The position numbers and the translations under genes are program-made. From Adineta steineri (taxonomy: Eukaryota): a stretch of DNA of 30,375 bases. The DNA lies in contig CAJNOI010000130.1 in the NCBI GenBank assembly GCA_905250115.1, forward strand, positions 171,135-201,509. The letters run 5' to 3'. The notes beneath the pieces were generated by a model. The model was not told the origin of the DNA, did no database searches, and saw nothing but the letters and a program-made list of their open reading frames with translations. Positions 12,438-23,170 of this stretch are shown here, piece after piece; the first letter of the stretch is position 1; every line of letters starts with the position of its first letter.

Positions 12438-12501
12438 TCTTGAGGGTGTGGGTATGGATGTTAGTGTTCATCAAAGGAAGAGACACCCACACTCTCAAGA
12501 T
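12438..12501. repeat. Telomere-like hairpin with CTTGAG ends
   Basis: CTTGAGGGTGTGGGT...GACACCCACACTCTCAAG. Confidence 0.82.
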
Positions 12502-15070
12502 ATTCATATTTATCGTACAATAATATCATCTAGATCAAATTTCTCTCTTCTCCTTTATTGTTCTTGATAGTTTCTTGAATATTCAATCTTTTTTCATACT
12601 TAAAAATGATGTTCGGTTATTCTTAAATTCATAATAAAATAATTGATCATGAATAACAAAATTTTTTTCATTTTTTGTTAATAGATGTTCTCATATCAAT
12701 CAGAATGAAATGAAATGAAAACTTATTAGTATATATTCAAATATTGTTTCAATTGTAGAAAAGAAAAGATCAAAGACAAAGAAATCTTATGTTTTTTTCA
12801 TCAATATAGAATTCTTTTATTGAATATGTAAAATAATTCTTTACAAGCAAATTCAAATAGTAAAAAATGTAATCGAAATTAATCTGATACATGTGGTTTA
12901 ATACCTGATGATCTTATTATATATTTATTTTCATTTAAATTTATTGTATCATTGATTATCAACGGTTTTATATCATCTTAATCATAATTGAAATCTCACC
13001 GTTCTAAGCATTTTTTATTCTATAAACGGATAACATAATTAATTATAAATTTTATATGTCCGTTTTTTTTATTTGATAAGCAAAAATAATCAAATGAAAA
13101 GATTTTATTTCACGAAGAAACGCTTTTTTGTTTTAAATATTAATGTAGAAAATACGGCGAAAACAAATAAAACAATAAAACACAAACATAAAAATATATA
13201 TGCTTCAATTTTTTTTAGTTCTATATCGCAAATTTAATATGCCCAGTAAAAGAATATAATCAATCGTTCATAGATAGTACTTGATTGATTCGTTATATAT
13301 ACTAAAATGATTAGTATATAGTAAGTTTAGAAGTATTCATCATTCAGTTAGAAGAGGTAAAATCTTAAAAATTAGAATTAAATCGAATTATTTATGACTA
13401 TCAATATTCTGTTGGAGAGCACATCAAAAATGTATATTTAACAAAATTAGAAAAGTTAAAATTGTTAGGAATTCTGAACTTAGGTCAGTAATCGATTTGT
13501 GAATTTCATTGATAAAATAGAACCACCTCGTCTTCACTTTCTTATCAATTGTGATACACAACTCGCCCATCTCTAATGCACAATCAATTTTTCAATCAAA
13601 CATACATTCTACTACACTTTTTTCAATTGTCGAAGCCAAACTTTTGATTAAAATGATGAATTATATTTACTCATAGTATGAAGTTTACAGTATATGTCCG
13701 AAGCAGTTGAAATGGGCTTCTTATTGATTATTTTTATTGTATAAAACATACATATATACATGTTTTTACTTTATTCAATTCAGATCGAAATCAGCGACCA
13801 ATCCCGTGATATTATACATAATGGTAACCCGACAACACTACGACTCGTCATCCGATCCAGCATCGCCCAACCATACAAGTCATTCTTCTATCAAACCGAT
13901 GTTCTCGGCAGAGGATGATGATAATAATCAGTAAGTACAATATCGATTTCAAGATGTTTATATATCTCATCTTCTAATGACAGAATTGATCAAAAGAAGT
14001 CCGCTGGCTGGCATTGGTGTTTGAAATGCTGTATTATTGGATCATTACTAGCTGGAATAGGTTTAGCTGTTGTACTCACATTCTACGTGACCTCGAAAAC
14101 AACTGCAACTGAAACATTAAGTATGTAACAATTAAAATTATTCTTTTCATGCTGACTATTTTGTCTTTTTATTCATCAAATGGAAGAAAAAGATAATTGC
14201 TCTTCTTAAGTGTATGGCCAATTTTGCTTTCTAAATAGTGATGTTAATAGCTAGAATCGAGATCTAAAACTGTGGATCAATCATACGTTTGTATCTTTTA
14301 CAGCTCATGAGTTATATTGATTTTAACTATAGTTCTTACCTAATTTTCAACAAATTTCTATTGTAGATCTCTACCACATTTCATTCAACAGTTATAAGCA
14401 TCTTTTCCAACTACCTTTTTCTAAAAAATTCATAATAGCTGATCAGTTGATCTGCATGTATTAATCGGATGAATATTTCATCGCTCGCATTTCTATAATT
14501 GAAATGAGCAACTATTCATTGTCGCACTCACGGTTGTCAATCGATCCATCTTCACGAGTTGCCTCGTCCAACTGATAATAGTTTGTGAGCAATATCATAA
14601 AGAAATCGAACATAGTATCTTTTAGAGTAAGCAGGTCATCCATTTCTAAGAGAAATATTTGACAAGTGTTGATGATTGGTAAAGATTTATTAAGAAATTT
14701 CAATGTAAACTAGAATCATGTTGTTATATTTTTCGTTCACAAACTTCAGACAATAAAAACCTTTTGGTCTGAAAACATAGAAGAATTCTGATCTCTTTGA
14801 AAATATATTAGTAAGTTGTTGCGATGATATTTGACTTAGTCTAATGCTTTTTTTCTCTCAAATACATGATTTTTAATTGTAGTTTATCATTTCATGGTTT
14901 TTTAGTCTCGACAACATTAACAACAATATCAACAACATCAGCAACAACATCAACATCAACATCGACATCGACATCAACAACATCGACATCAACAACATCG
15001 ACATCAACGTCCAGATCAACATCAACGTCAACGTCAAGATCGACATCAACATCAACATCAACAACAACAG
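12497..15070 (+). repeat. Segmental duplication shared with 23168..25641 (5' region and exons 1-3 of the type II TM gene)
   Basis: Colinear similarity: GATAAGCAAAAATAATCAAATGAAAAGATTTTATTTCACGAAGAAACG..., exon 1, exon 2, GCAATTTTGCTTTCTAAATAGTGATGTTAATAG, and the TTTTTAGTCTCGACAACATTAACAACAATATC stalk start. Confidence 0.85.
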
Positions 15071-16700
15071 GTATGGTTTTTAAACAAAAATGATTACGTA
15101 GGAACCTTTATGTATGACTGAAAGAAAAGAATACATGTTCGCAATATATAGCAACTGGCAGCTGATCATTCACAGGAATGGTGCCCGAAATTTTAACGTT
15201 AGTTCTCTTGGAAGGTTTCGACCTGTCAGACGGAGTCTTTTCTATTTGTTCTGATTGACACTTTGTCGAGAGATTTTTTTTTCGAGAGCATAATTCACTG
15301 TTTGATCTGTGATAAACAGATTTTAGTTTCAGTCATTAACTGATGCTGGCTGTAACTAGTTGATTATTATTGTCCATAAAAAAAAAGAGGTGCGATGACT
15401 ATTTTTGCAACAACGTGTGATAGAAAAAAGATTGGAATCTGAAATTTTTGCTAGATAATCCAGTATATCATGTGTCTGGAAAACGCTGAGGAAAAATAAG
15501 AAGCATTTTTTCATAGATATCCTAAATACAGCTAAATCATGAATGAAATAATAAATTACCAGAGATATGTTCTTTGCTATACGTCGAGAGCAGTACATCT
15601 GAATTTATACGCCATAATCCTTGGATGTGCTGATTAGAGGGTGTGGGTGTGGGTGAGTGTAAGTACTCTATTTAACCTTCATCACACCCACACCCAAAGT
15701 CGCTATTTTTATGCTTGTATTATCATCTTACTTGATAAACTACTATGATTATTACTAGAAAAGATTCAAATCAATGAAATTATTTCATATCATTTCAAAC
15801 CAGTATCGAATAACAGTGTTGGACACTTAAGTAACTGTTACAACTAAACATCATATACATTAAGACATTCCTGCGTACAAATGCTCTTCTATGACCGATT
15901 GCTCTTTTTTCTTCTCTACGCATGCATAAATGGATATAAAAAGCTAAGCTTTAAGTATTTTTAGAGTGTCTAAATCAGTTAATTTTGACTGATCTCTCTG
16001 AATTTTGTTCATTTCAGCTGAATTTGAATACTCTAGACTAGTGCAGATAAAGAAAAGTGTTATCAAATAATTTTATCTAACTTTGATTTTTAAGACCTAG
16101 TTGTTTCGCTTTTGAGCTGATGACTGATAGTTCCATTTTGAACAAGTCTGAAAATGATTTCAGTTTGTGGAGACTACGATCACATATTGATTTAACTCTA
16201 AAAGTATGATATAATTCGATCATTAAACAATCAAATTTCCAGAATGACAGCATTGTTTGTTTTCTTTCATACATTTGCGAACAGTGCATTTCAGATTTAC
16301 GATCAATCATAATTGGTCTTTAGCGTTGTTGCCCTTAAGATATTTATCTATTAATACTTTATTTTTAATTTTAGCTCCACCTTGCAGTACTGCTTGTTGT
16401 ACTGGTGGTACTGGTCCTACTACTTGTACTACTTGTATTGACACTGCTCATAGTAATGTTAATGCTGTTTGTCGTTATGCTAATCCTATTAGTGATGTTA
16501 GTCATGTTTCTGGTAAGGTTGCTAACGGTGATGGTGATTATGGTAATTTTCTTAATAATCCTGGTCCTGGTTATTTTATTTACGATACTAATGGTCGTTA
16601 TAGTGGTAATGCTAATGCTAATATTCCTTGTACTACTGATTATACTGGTAGTGCTAATAATTATTTTGCTAATAATGCTGATTATACTTATGGTTGTTGA
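13821..16700 (+). CDS. Gene B: small type II TM protein with Ser/Thr stalk and 8-Cys C-terminal domain; join(13821..13930,13984..14120,14906..15070,16375..16700), 245 aa
   Basis: MVTRQHYDSSSDPASPNHTSHSSIKPMFSAEDDDNNQ | IDQKKSAGWHWCLKCCIIGSLLAGIGLAVVLTFYVTSKTTATETL | ISTTLTTISTTSATTSTS... | APPCSTACCTGGTGPTTC...TYGC*. Donors GTAAGT, GTATGT, GTATGG; acceptors ACAG, TTTTTAG, TTTTAG; phases 2,1,1; total 738 nt. Exons 1-3 are conserved in copy C, exon 4 in copy A. Confidence 0.72.
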
Positions 16701-17755
16701 GACAGCGTATTGGTTGGCTTTGTTTTCTCATAAAACAACAACACACAAAACCAATCATAAACATTTATACTGACATTTTTTGCGAAAACGAACATTATTC
16801 GCATTTCATTTTTTTTAATAATCTGTATATGACCAGCTTGTTTTCTTTTTTTTCTTGTTCTACTATTCCCTAGTATTTACAGGACTTTTTAAATATCAAG
16901 AAGCAACTTTTTCTTTTTTAGTTAGCATTCATTCGATTTTGCTTTTTCATTTCATTTTACATCTTTCTAGTTAGCAACTAAAATAAAAAATGTAAATTCG
17001 TAAGTTAATGTATAAATAAATTAATTACATAAGATGAACATAAGATTATCCAAGAATGATGATAAAATAAGAAATTAATAAGAATCTGCGATGCATCGAC
17101 AGTGATAATTGTCCTTATCAAGCGTTGTACAAAGTTTGTCATTAAATTATTTTTTTGCTTTTTTTATCCAAATGTGGTGTTAAAAATATGATAATGGAAT
17201 GGTAGGATGATGCTACTAGTAAAAGAGATAAGCGGATTGTGTTCTTCTTCCATCCTATCATGTCCCTCTTGCACTTTCATGATAAATATGCTTTCTTCGT
17301 ACGATTATAATGTACGTTTTTATGTTTATACATGATTCATAAAATAAATCGATTCTTCAATATATCATCTTTTCAAATCATTGTCATTGATAAACATTTT
17401 AGTTAAATTCTGTCAGGATTATCAGATCAAAAAGTTATATATTGAATGTTTCTCTGAAAACTCTGAAAAATTAAGGCGTTTTTTTACACTAGTTTGAAAA
17501 AAATCAGTATATAGTTATTTATCATTTTAATAGAATATATGCATTTAATTAGCATCTACTTAACTACATACAGCTCAACGGAAATTAGAAATCGATAATA
17601 GTTATATTGTTTTAATCAATCTCTTCCTAGAAGAAGCTTTTTTAAATAGTGAATCGAACTCATTATCTACGTCTGAATGAAACTCAAATTAGGATATAAA
17701 AAATATCATGCGAGAAAGTAATTTCATAAGCTTAATATTCAATTGATATCGAGGA
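15071..17755 (+). repeat. Segmental duplication, copy B of 3353..6820
   Basis: Same landmarks as above; lacks the MITE and about 70 bp between two ATAAAAA repeats present in copy A. Confidence 0.85.
15638..15695. repeat. Telomere-like hairpin, near-identical to 4208..4269
   Basis: GGGTGTGGGTGTGGGTGAGTGTAAGTACTCTATTTAACC..CACACCCACACCC. Confidence 0.82.
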
Positions 17756-18687
17756 AACTGTTTATTTAGATAATTTTTTTACGACAATACAGAGTGTTTA
17801 GTTTATTTCGAAAACAATTCTGAATTCAAGGATGTGCTTATTGTTATGAGATTCAAATCTCTACAATATAGAACGATATTAAAAGAATGAAAATAATATT
17901 TGAATTGCTAATAAAATTTTAATTAGATATGATAATGAAACACACCAAAGATGAGATCTAAAGAAAATATCACAATTCCGAAGAAATTGTCAAGCCACAA
18001 AGTGTCGTGGAAAAATGTCGAAATTCGGAACTTTTCTTGTAATTTCCTAAAATCTACTAACCTTGAATCAAACTTACATATGCATATCCTTTCTTGGTGG
18101 TGTTGTATCATCTCTGAATTGATGAAATGTGATCCTTTTTTACTTTATTCGTTTATATTGTGATATTCTTTTGTTTATACAGACGCGATGTATATAATAC
18201 TGCTACTCACATCCACCCTCAAGATGGTGACAGTTGAACAAGTATTACTCTTGCAGGAAGTGATATTGGTGATACCCATTTTTCTGCTCCATATGATGTT
18301 AAACTGGATTCACAACATAACCTGTATGGCAGTGAGAGTAGTCTTTAAGAGAAATCAATCGAACTAACTCTTCATTATTTAATGACATTTTCCTATAGAT
18401 CCATTTACTGTTTTTGCCTATTTAAAGTGAGAAGTGACAACATTATTTAATGTACTTTATTTTGGCACATTTTTTGTTTTTATTTTTCTCAATAAAAATA
18501 TTTCCACTTTATCTTAAATCATACAAAAAAAATCTATAAACAAATTCTATTTTTTCACAAGAGAAAAACACAAATTGATTTTATGGAAGGCTTTCTATGA
18601 GTTTCCATTCAAAAACGTGTAGTATGAATTCATACTTGATCGAGAGTGAGTGTGCGGGTATATGTATGAGATTAATTCAAACAACCA

Positions 18688-19100
18688 TAAACCCCCCCCC
18701 ATATTAGAAGCCCCCTGGGCTTCTAATTTGGCTACCGTTTATAATTTTTGGAGGGGGCTTCTATCAGGTCCCAAAAAAATTTCATAGACTATGATAAGGA
18801 AACCGATTCGGAAGGTTTTTAAAGTTTTCCAAGGTTTTCATGAGTTTTTCAGAAGATTTTTTGCAATTTTTCCAGATTTAAGCATAGTTAGATAGGAGTT
18901 AGTCAAAATTTTACCTTAAAATCGAGAAATTTTAGCAACTTTAGCAAAGAAATTCGAAAAAATTATGAAAAATTTTAAAAAATTTTGGAAAAATTAGGGG
19001 GGCTTCTAATACGTCAAACACGTTGCTCATCTCAGGGTGGGCTTCTAATACGGGGGGGCTTTTAATGTGGGGTGGGCTTCTATTATAGGGGGGGGGTTTA
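18688..19100. mobile_element. Possible 413-bp element with C/G-homopolymer termini and repeated GGGCTTCTAAT motifs
   Basis: Left end TAAACCCCCCCCC-ATATTAGAAGCCCCC; reverse complement of right end TAAACCCCCCCC-TATAATAGAAGCCCACC. Internal GGGGGCTTCTAAT/GGGCTTCTATT units, AT-rich core. Confidence 0.55.
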
Positions 19101-19431
19101 CGACATTTTTCGACATTATGTTTGAATAACAGAATGTGTAAGTGAACGTGTAAATATAAATAATAACTACTATAATCTAGGTTTAACTCAAATTAAAGAG
19201 AGAAATATCAGATGGTTGAGAATATCTGCATAATAATAGATAAAATGAAATTAAAAAGATATGAAAAGATATTCTTCAATATTAGAATCCATTTAGTATA
19301 AGTAAATGATCATTACATCAAAATAAATGGTTTCGATTACGAGCAACATTATTGCACTGTTTATTTTTTGGAGGGAATGTATTTAGAAACTTTTAGACGC
19401 AGAGATGGAATCGATCGGTCCAGTTCAGTTT

Positions 19432-19490
19432 TGAGTGTGTGGGTTATTGATCATTTCATTGATACTCACGCCCATATCCACACTCTCAAG
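19432..19490. repeat. Telomere-like hairpin with TTGAG/CTCAAG ends
   Basis: TTGAGTGTGTGGGTTATTG...GCCCATATCCACACTCTCAAG. Confidence 0.65.
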
Positions 19491-20103
19491 TTTATACAAA
19501 TTTTATTAGTATTTCTCCCTATAATTTCAACAGTTCACATAATTATACAATTAATTAGAAAGTATAAATTATGACACGATATCAATATTGGTTATTTTAT
19601 AATGAATCTTCACTTGTCGTAAGACTCAGTTTTTTCTTTGCCATTATTTTCGTGATACCTACATCTTCAAAATATACTTGATCTTTTAGAATCAGTAGCA
19701 CTTTATTTATTTTCAAAGGGAGAATTTTACTGATTGCTCAAAACGAATGATCTTGTTTTGAACAGATCGAAGAAAAATAAGTAAGCCTATGAAACTTTTC
19801 TATATTGTTTTATACGTATAAAATTAATATTTTGAACTTTGAGTAATTACAATACATATAGTTCTATGCATCCAGAAAAGTTCCATAACTAGAAATGTTG
19901 TTATTAAATAATCAATCACTATCCGATGCATGGATACTAATTTATTTGTCATTAATATCCATAATCGCCAAGTTTTATTGAAGTTATTAATATCGAGAGG
20001 AACCTAAATAGCAGTTCGCATTGTATAATGTTTTATAATCATAATGTTTTTAGTAGAGCAGTAAAGTGTTAATGAGTAAATAAAGGTTAATCATCGATAA
20101 GCC

Positions 20104-20804
20104 TTAACAATGTAAGAGAATACCGACGTTGTTCGAACCAGAGTTTGCAACAATAATATCAGGTTTATTGTCGTTATTCACATCGACGACTGCTACTGTT
20201 GTTGGGCCAGGGGAGACCGAGTAAGTAGTTTGAGCATAAAAGGTGCCACTGCCTGCGTTTTGAAGAACACCGACATTGCTCGAACCATAGTTTGCAACGA
20301 TAATATCGAGTTTACTATCGTTATTCACGTCGACGACTGATACTGACCATGGATTTGTGCCAACTGGGTAAGTAGTTTGAGTATTAAAGGTGCCATTGCC
20401 TGCGTTGAGAAGAACACCGACGGTATTCGATTTATAATTTGCAACAATAATATCAGGTTTATTGTCGCTATTCACGTCGACGACTGCTACTGATACTGGG
20501 TTAGTACCAACGGATTAAGTAGTTTGAGCACTAAAGGTGTCATTGCCTGTGTTGAGAAGAACACCGAGGTTGTTCGAATCAAAGTTTGTAACAGTAATAT
20601 CAGGTTTGTTGTCGCTATTTACATCGACGACTGCTACTGACCATGGACCTGTGCCAACTAAGTAAGTAGTTTGAGCATTAAATGTGCCATTGCCTGTGTT
20701 GAGAAGAACGCCGACATTGCTCGAGCCATAATTTGCAACAATAATATCAGGTTTATTGTCATTATTCACGTCGATGACTGCTACTGACCATGGCTGTGCG
20801 ACAG
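20104..20804 (-). CDS. FG-GAP/VCBS-like tandem repeat exon (about 4-5 units), split by one in-frame stop
   Basis: ORFs 20104..20475 and 20515..20769 are in the same frame and separated only by TAA (20515-20517) and a short open stretch. Confidence 0.85.
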
Positions 20805-22095
20805 CTGAGTAAGTAGTTTGATTAAAAAACAGATTGCAGACTATGAAAACAAAATTATTTTTAGTATTTTACATCGTTTATAAACAAAAAGTCATCTTCG
20901 AATTCGTTAGAATTTGCATAACATTGCTTTAATTAGCACTGAGGCGATGAACAGAATCGTGTAGTCTTTTTTTTGAATAGTTTTCGATACTCTCAAGTCT
21001 AACTGAAATAAGCTTTTGGTTCATTCTATGCGCTGTTTCACACAATCTCCTAATCGACATAAAAAATGGCTTTATAGAACTGAAATTCTGTTTGTTTCAT
21101 TTTACATTTTTTGTCTACTGTGATGACACTCTTCATAATGTTTTTTTCAGAAATTTAACTTGACTCTGTTTTAAACTTGATCTAATACCAAAACGAAAGA
21201 AAACTATTCTTCGTCGAATTTATTAGACTTTTTGATGTCTGCATATAGTGAGATGATCGCACTATATTTTTCGATATGGAATAGTTAAAATATTTTCTAT
21301 TGATTAAATCAAGCTATGATTTTTCCATCTTAAGAAGTTTCTTCTTTAACAAACTCGTCTTATTTATTCGGGTTTGAGATGATTCAAAGTACTAAACACT
21401 ACATTTTTAAATCTCGTGAAACTATTTCTCTTTTTAACATCTGGTGTAAGCATTAAATATTTATTCCCACACTCACCACTTGTTGTCGTTGATGTTGTTG
21501 TTGAAGTTGATGATGCTGAGGTTGATGATATTATTGTTGGTGTTGATGATGACGTATTTGGTTCTATTTTGAAAAATGGAGTTAACATGAGACAAGAACA
21601 TTGGATAAGGCTTTGTTAAATATCTAGCATTTCTTACTCCACTAATCTAGTTCATTTTTTGTGGATGACTTCATTTTGACAACGAATACTAATGATTAGC
21701 GAACCCCTCAAATTACAATCAGTGAAAAATATCATTCATATGAGCAAGTTTTTTAGAATTAAAAAAGCATAAATATCAAATTCATTCAAATTACTGGAAT
21801 TCCAGTCTATAAGGAGCTATGATATGTTTCCACTGTTACTAGATGAAAACCTGAAAGTCATATCTGAAATAAACTTACGATATTCTCGAATATTTAATAT
21901 TGATATTGAAGATTGGTTGAGAAATAAAAAAAATGAATTTGAATAAAATTCAATATAAATTGTACTAATATTTGAACGAAATAGTTGACAAGTTTGATTT
22001 GTTGAAAAATAATTTAAAGCAGATATTGAATCATTCACTTTTATCATTTCACATATACATTGATTTTCTGTCACATTGAATAAATTATTATACAT
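20104..22095 (-). pseudogene. Gene D: stalked FG-GAP/VCBS-like repeat protein; candidate exons complement(join(20104..20804,21477..21563,21879..22095)), 5' end undetermined, in-frame TAA at 20515-20517
   Basis: Repeats of WSVAVVDVNxDNKPDIIVANYGSxNVGVLLNTGNGTFxAQTTY on the minus strand. Stalk exon QPNTSSSTPTIISSTSASSTSTTTSTTTSG has donor AGTG|GTGAGT and joins in phase 1 to AVAQPWSVAVIDVNNDNKP at acceptor TTACTCAG|CTG. The upstream exon (CICEMIKVNDSISALNYFSTNQTCQLF...NIREY) ends at C|GTAAGT, also phase 1. TAA replaces the conserved Tyr codon in AQTT[Y]. Confidence 0.6.
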
Positions 22096-23111
22096 ATTCC
22101 CAGTTATTATATAGCTCTGTACTTTAGCAATAAGAACAGTTACAAACAGAAAATAATGATAAGAAAAATATTAGGAAAAACATCTTATATTCCTATACTT
22201 TCTAAAAAATTTTAAAACTGTTTGACTAACTTTTTTTACTATTCTTTTTCTTTTTTTTTCTACAACACTCTTTCTCTTTACTTAAATAATTATTCATTCC
22301 AGAAAAAAAGAACGTCATACGTTTTGCAACAGTTTTTGTTTTCTTGTTTATTTAACTATTTAGGGGAATGAATTCGCCATCGTCGGGATATTAACAGAGG
22401 AAAGATGTGAACAGTTCTGTTCTTAATTAAATTGTCTTTTTAAAGTGCTTACCAAATATTAAGAAAGGAAAAAAAAAGATGACGATATTAACTAATGACT
22501 TGATTTATAAGCTCAATAAACACATGTGTCCGATGAGAAAAAATTGCTTCCGCTTATTTCATATGTAGTCAACGTAGGCATTGACAGCAACAGTGGTAAA
22601 TATTTGAACATCATTCATAACATATACACTTAACTACATTGTTTTAATCATCTTTCCTTCTATGAATATGGTACTCGCTTCGTTTGGCTCTAAACAAATG
22701 CTGTTTCTTTCTTTTTTTTTTCGCCTTTGCATTTTTTCTCTTCATTTTCATCATCGATGTCTTAGCATAGAAGAGAATCGATAGAATGCGATAAAAATGA
22801 AAGAAAGATCGTCAATTGTTAATGTTTAGGATGGTTTTTCTTGTCGTTTCTTCATATTCTTCACAATATCATTATTCAAAAACTGTTTTATTGACAGCCA
22901 TCTTTTTATTTTTGTTGGTACTCTTTCAAATTATAGGTGAAAATAAACTGCCAGTTGCTGATTTAATATGAGTCAGCTTTTTCTTTATGTTGTCATGGAA
23001 CTTATTTGTACATATTTTCCGATAACAGATTCTCTGATTAATATAATAAAATTTGAATGATAATTGACGCGTTGTTATCCCTAACATAACTATATATTGT
23101 TAATATGAAAT

Positions 23112-23170
23112 CTTGAGGGTGTGAGGGTGTGGGTGTTGCTTTTCCTTCTCGTACATACCCACACTCTTAA
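23112..23170. repeat. Telomere-like hairpin at a duplication boundary
   Basis: CTTGAGGGTGTGAGGGTGTGGGTG...CATACCCACACTCTTAAG. Confidence 0.8.

Noticed and set aside
15938-15962. TATAAAAAG near ATGCATAAATGGATATAAAAAG as a promoter for gene B's 3' part
   Set aside because: TATA-like strings are common in this AT-rich DNA, and exon phase supports this region being intronic.
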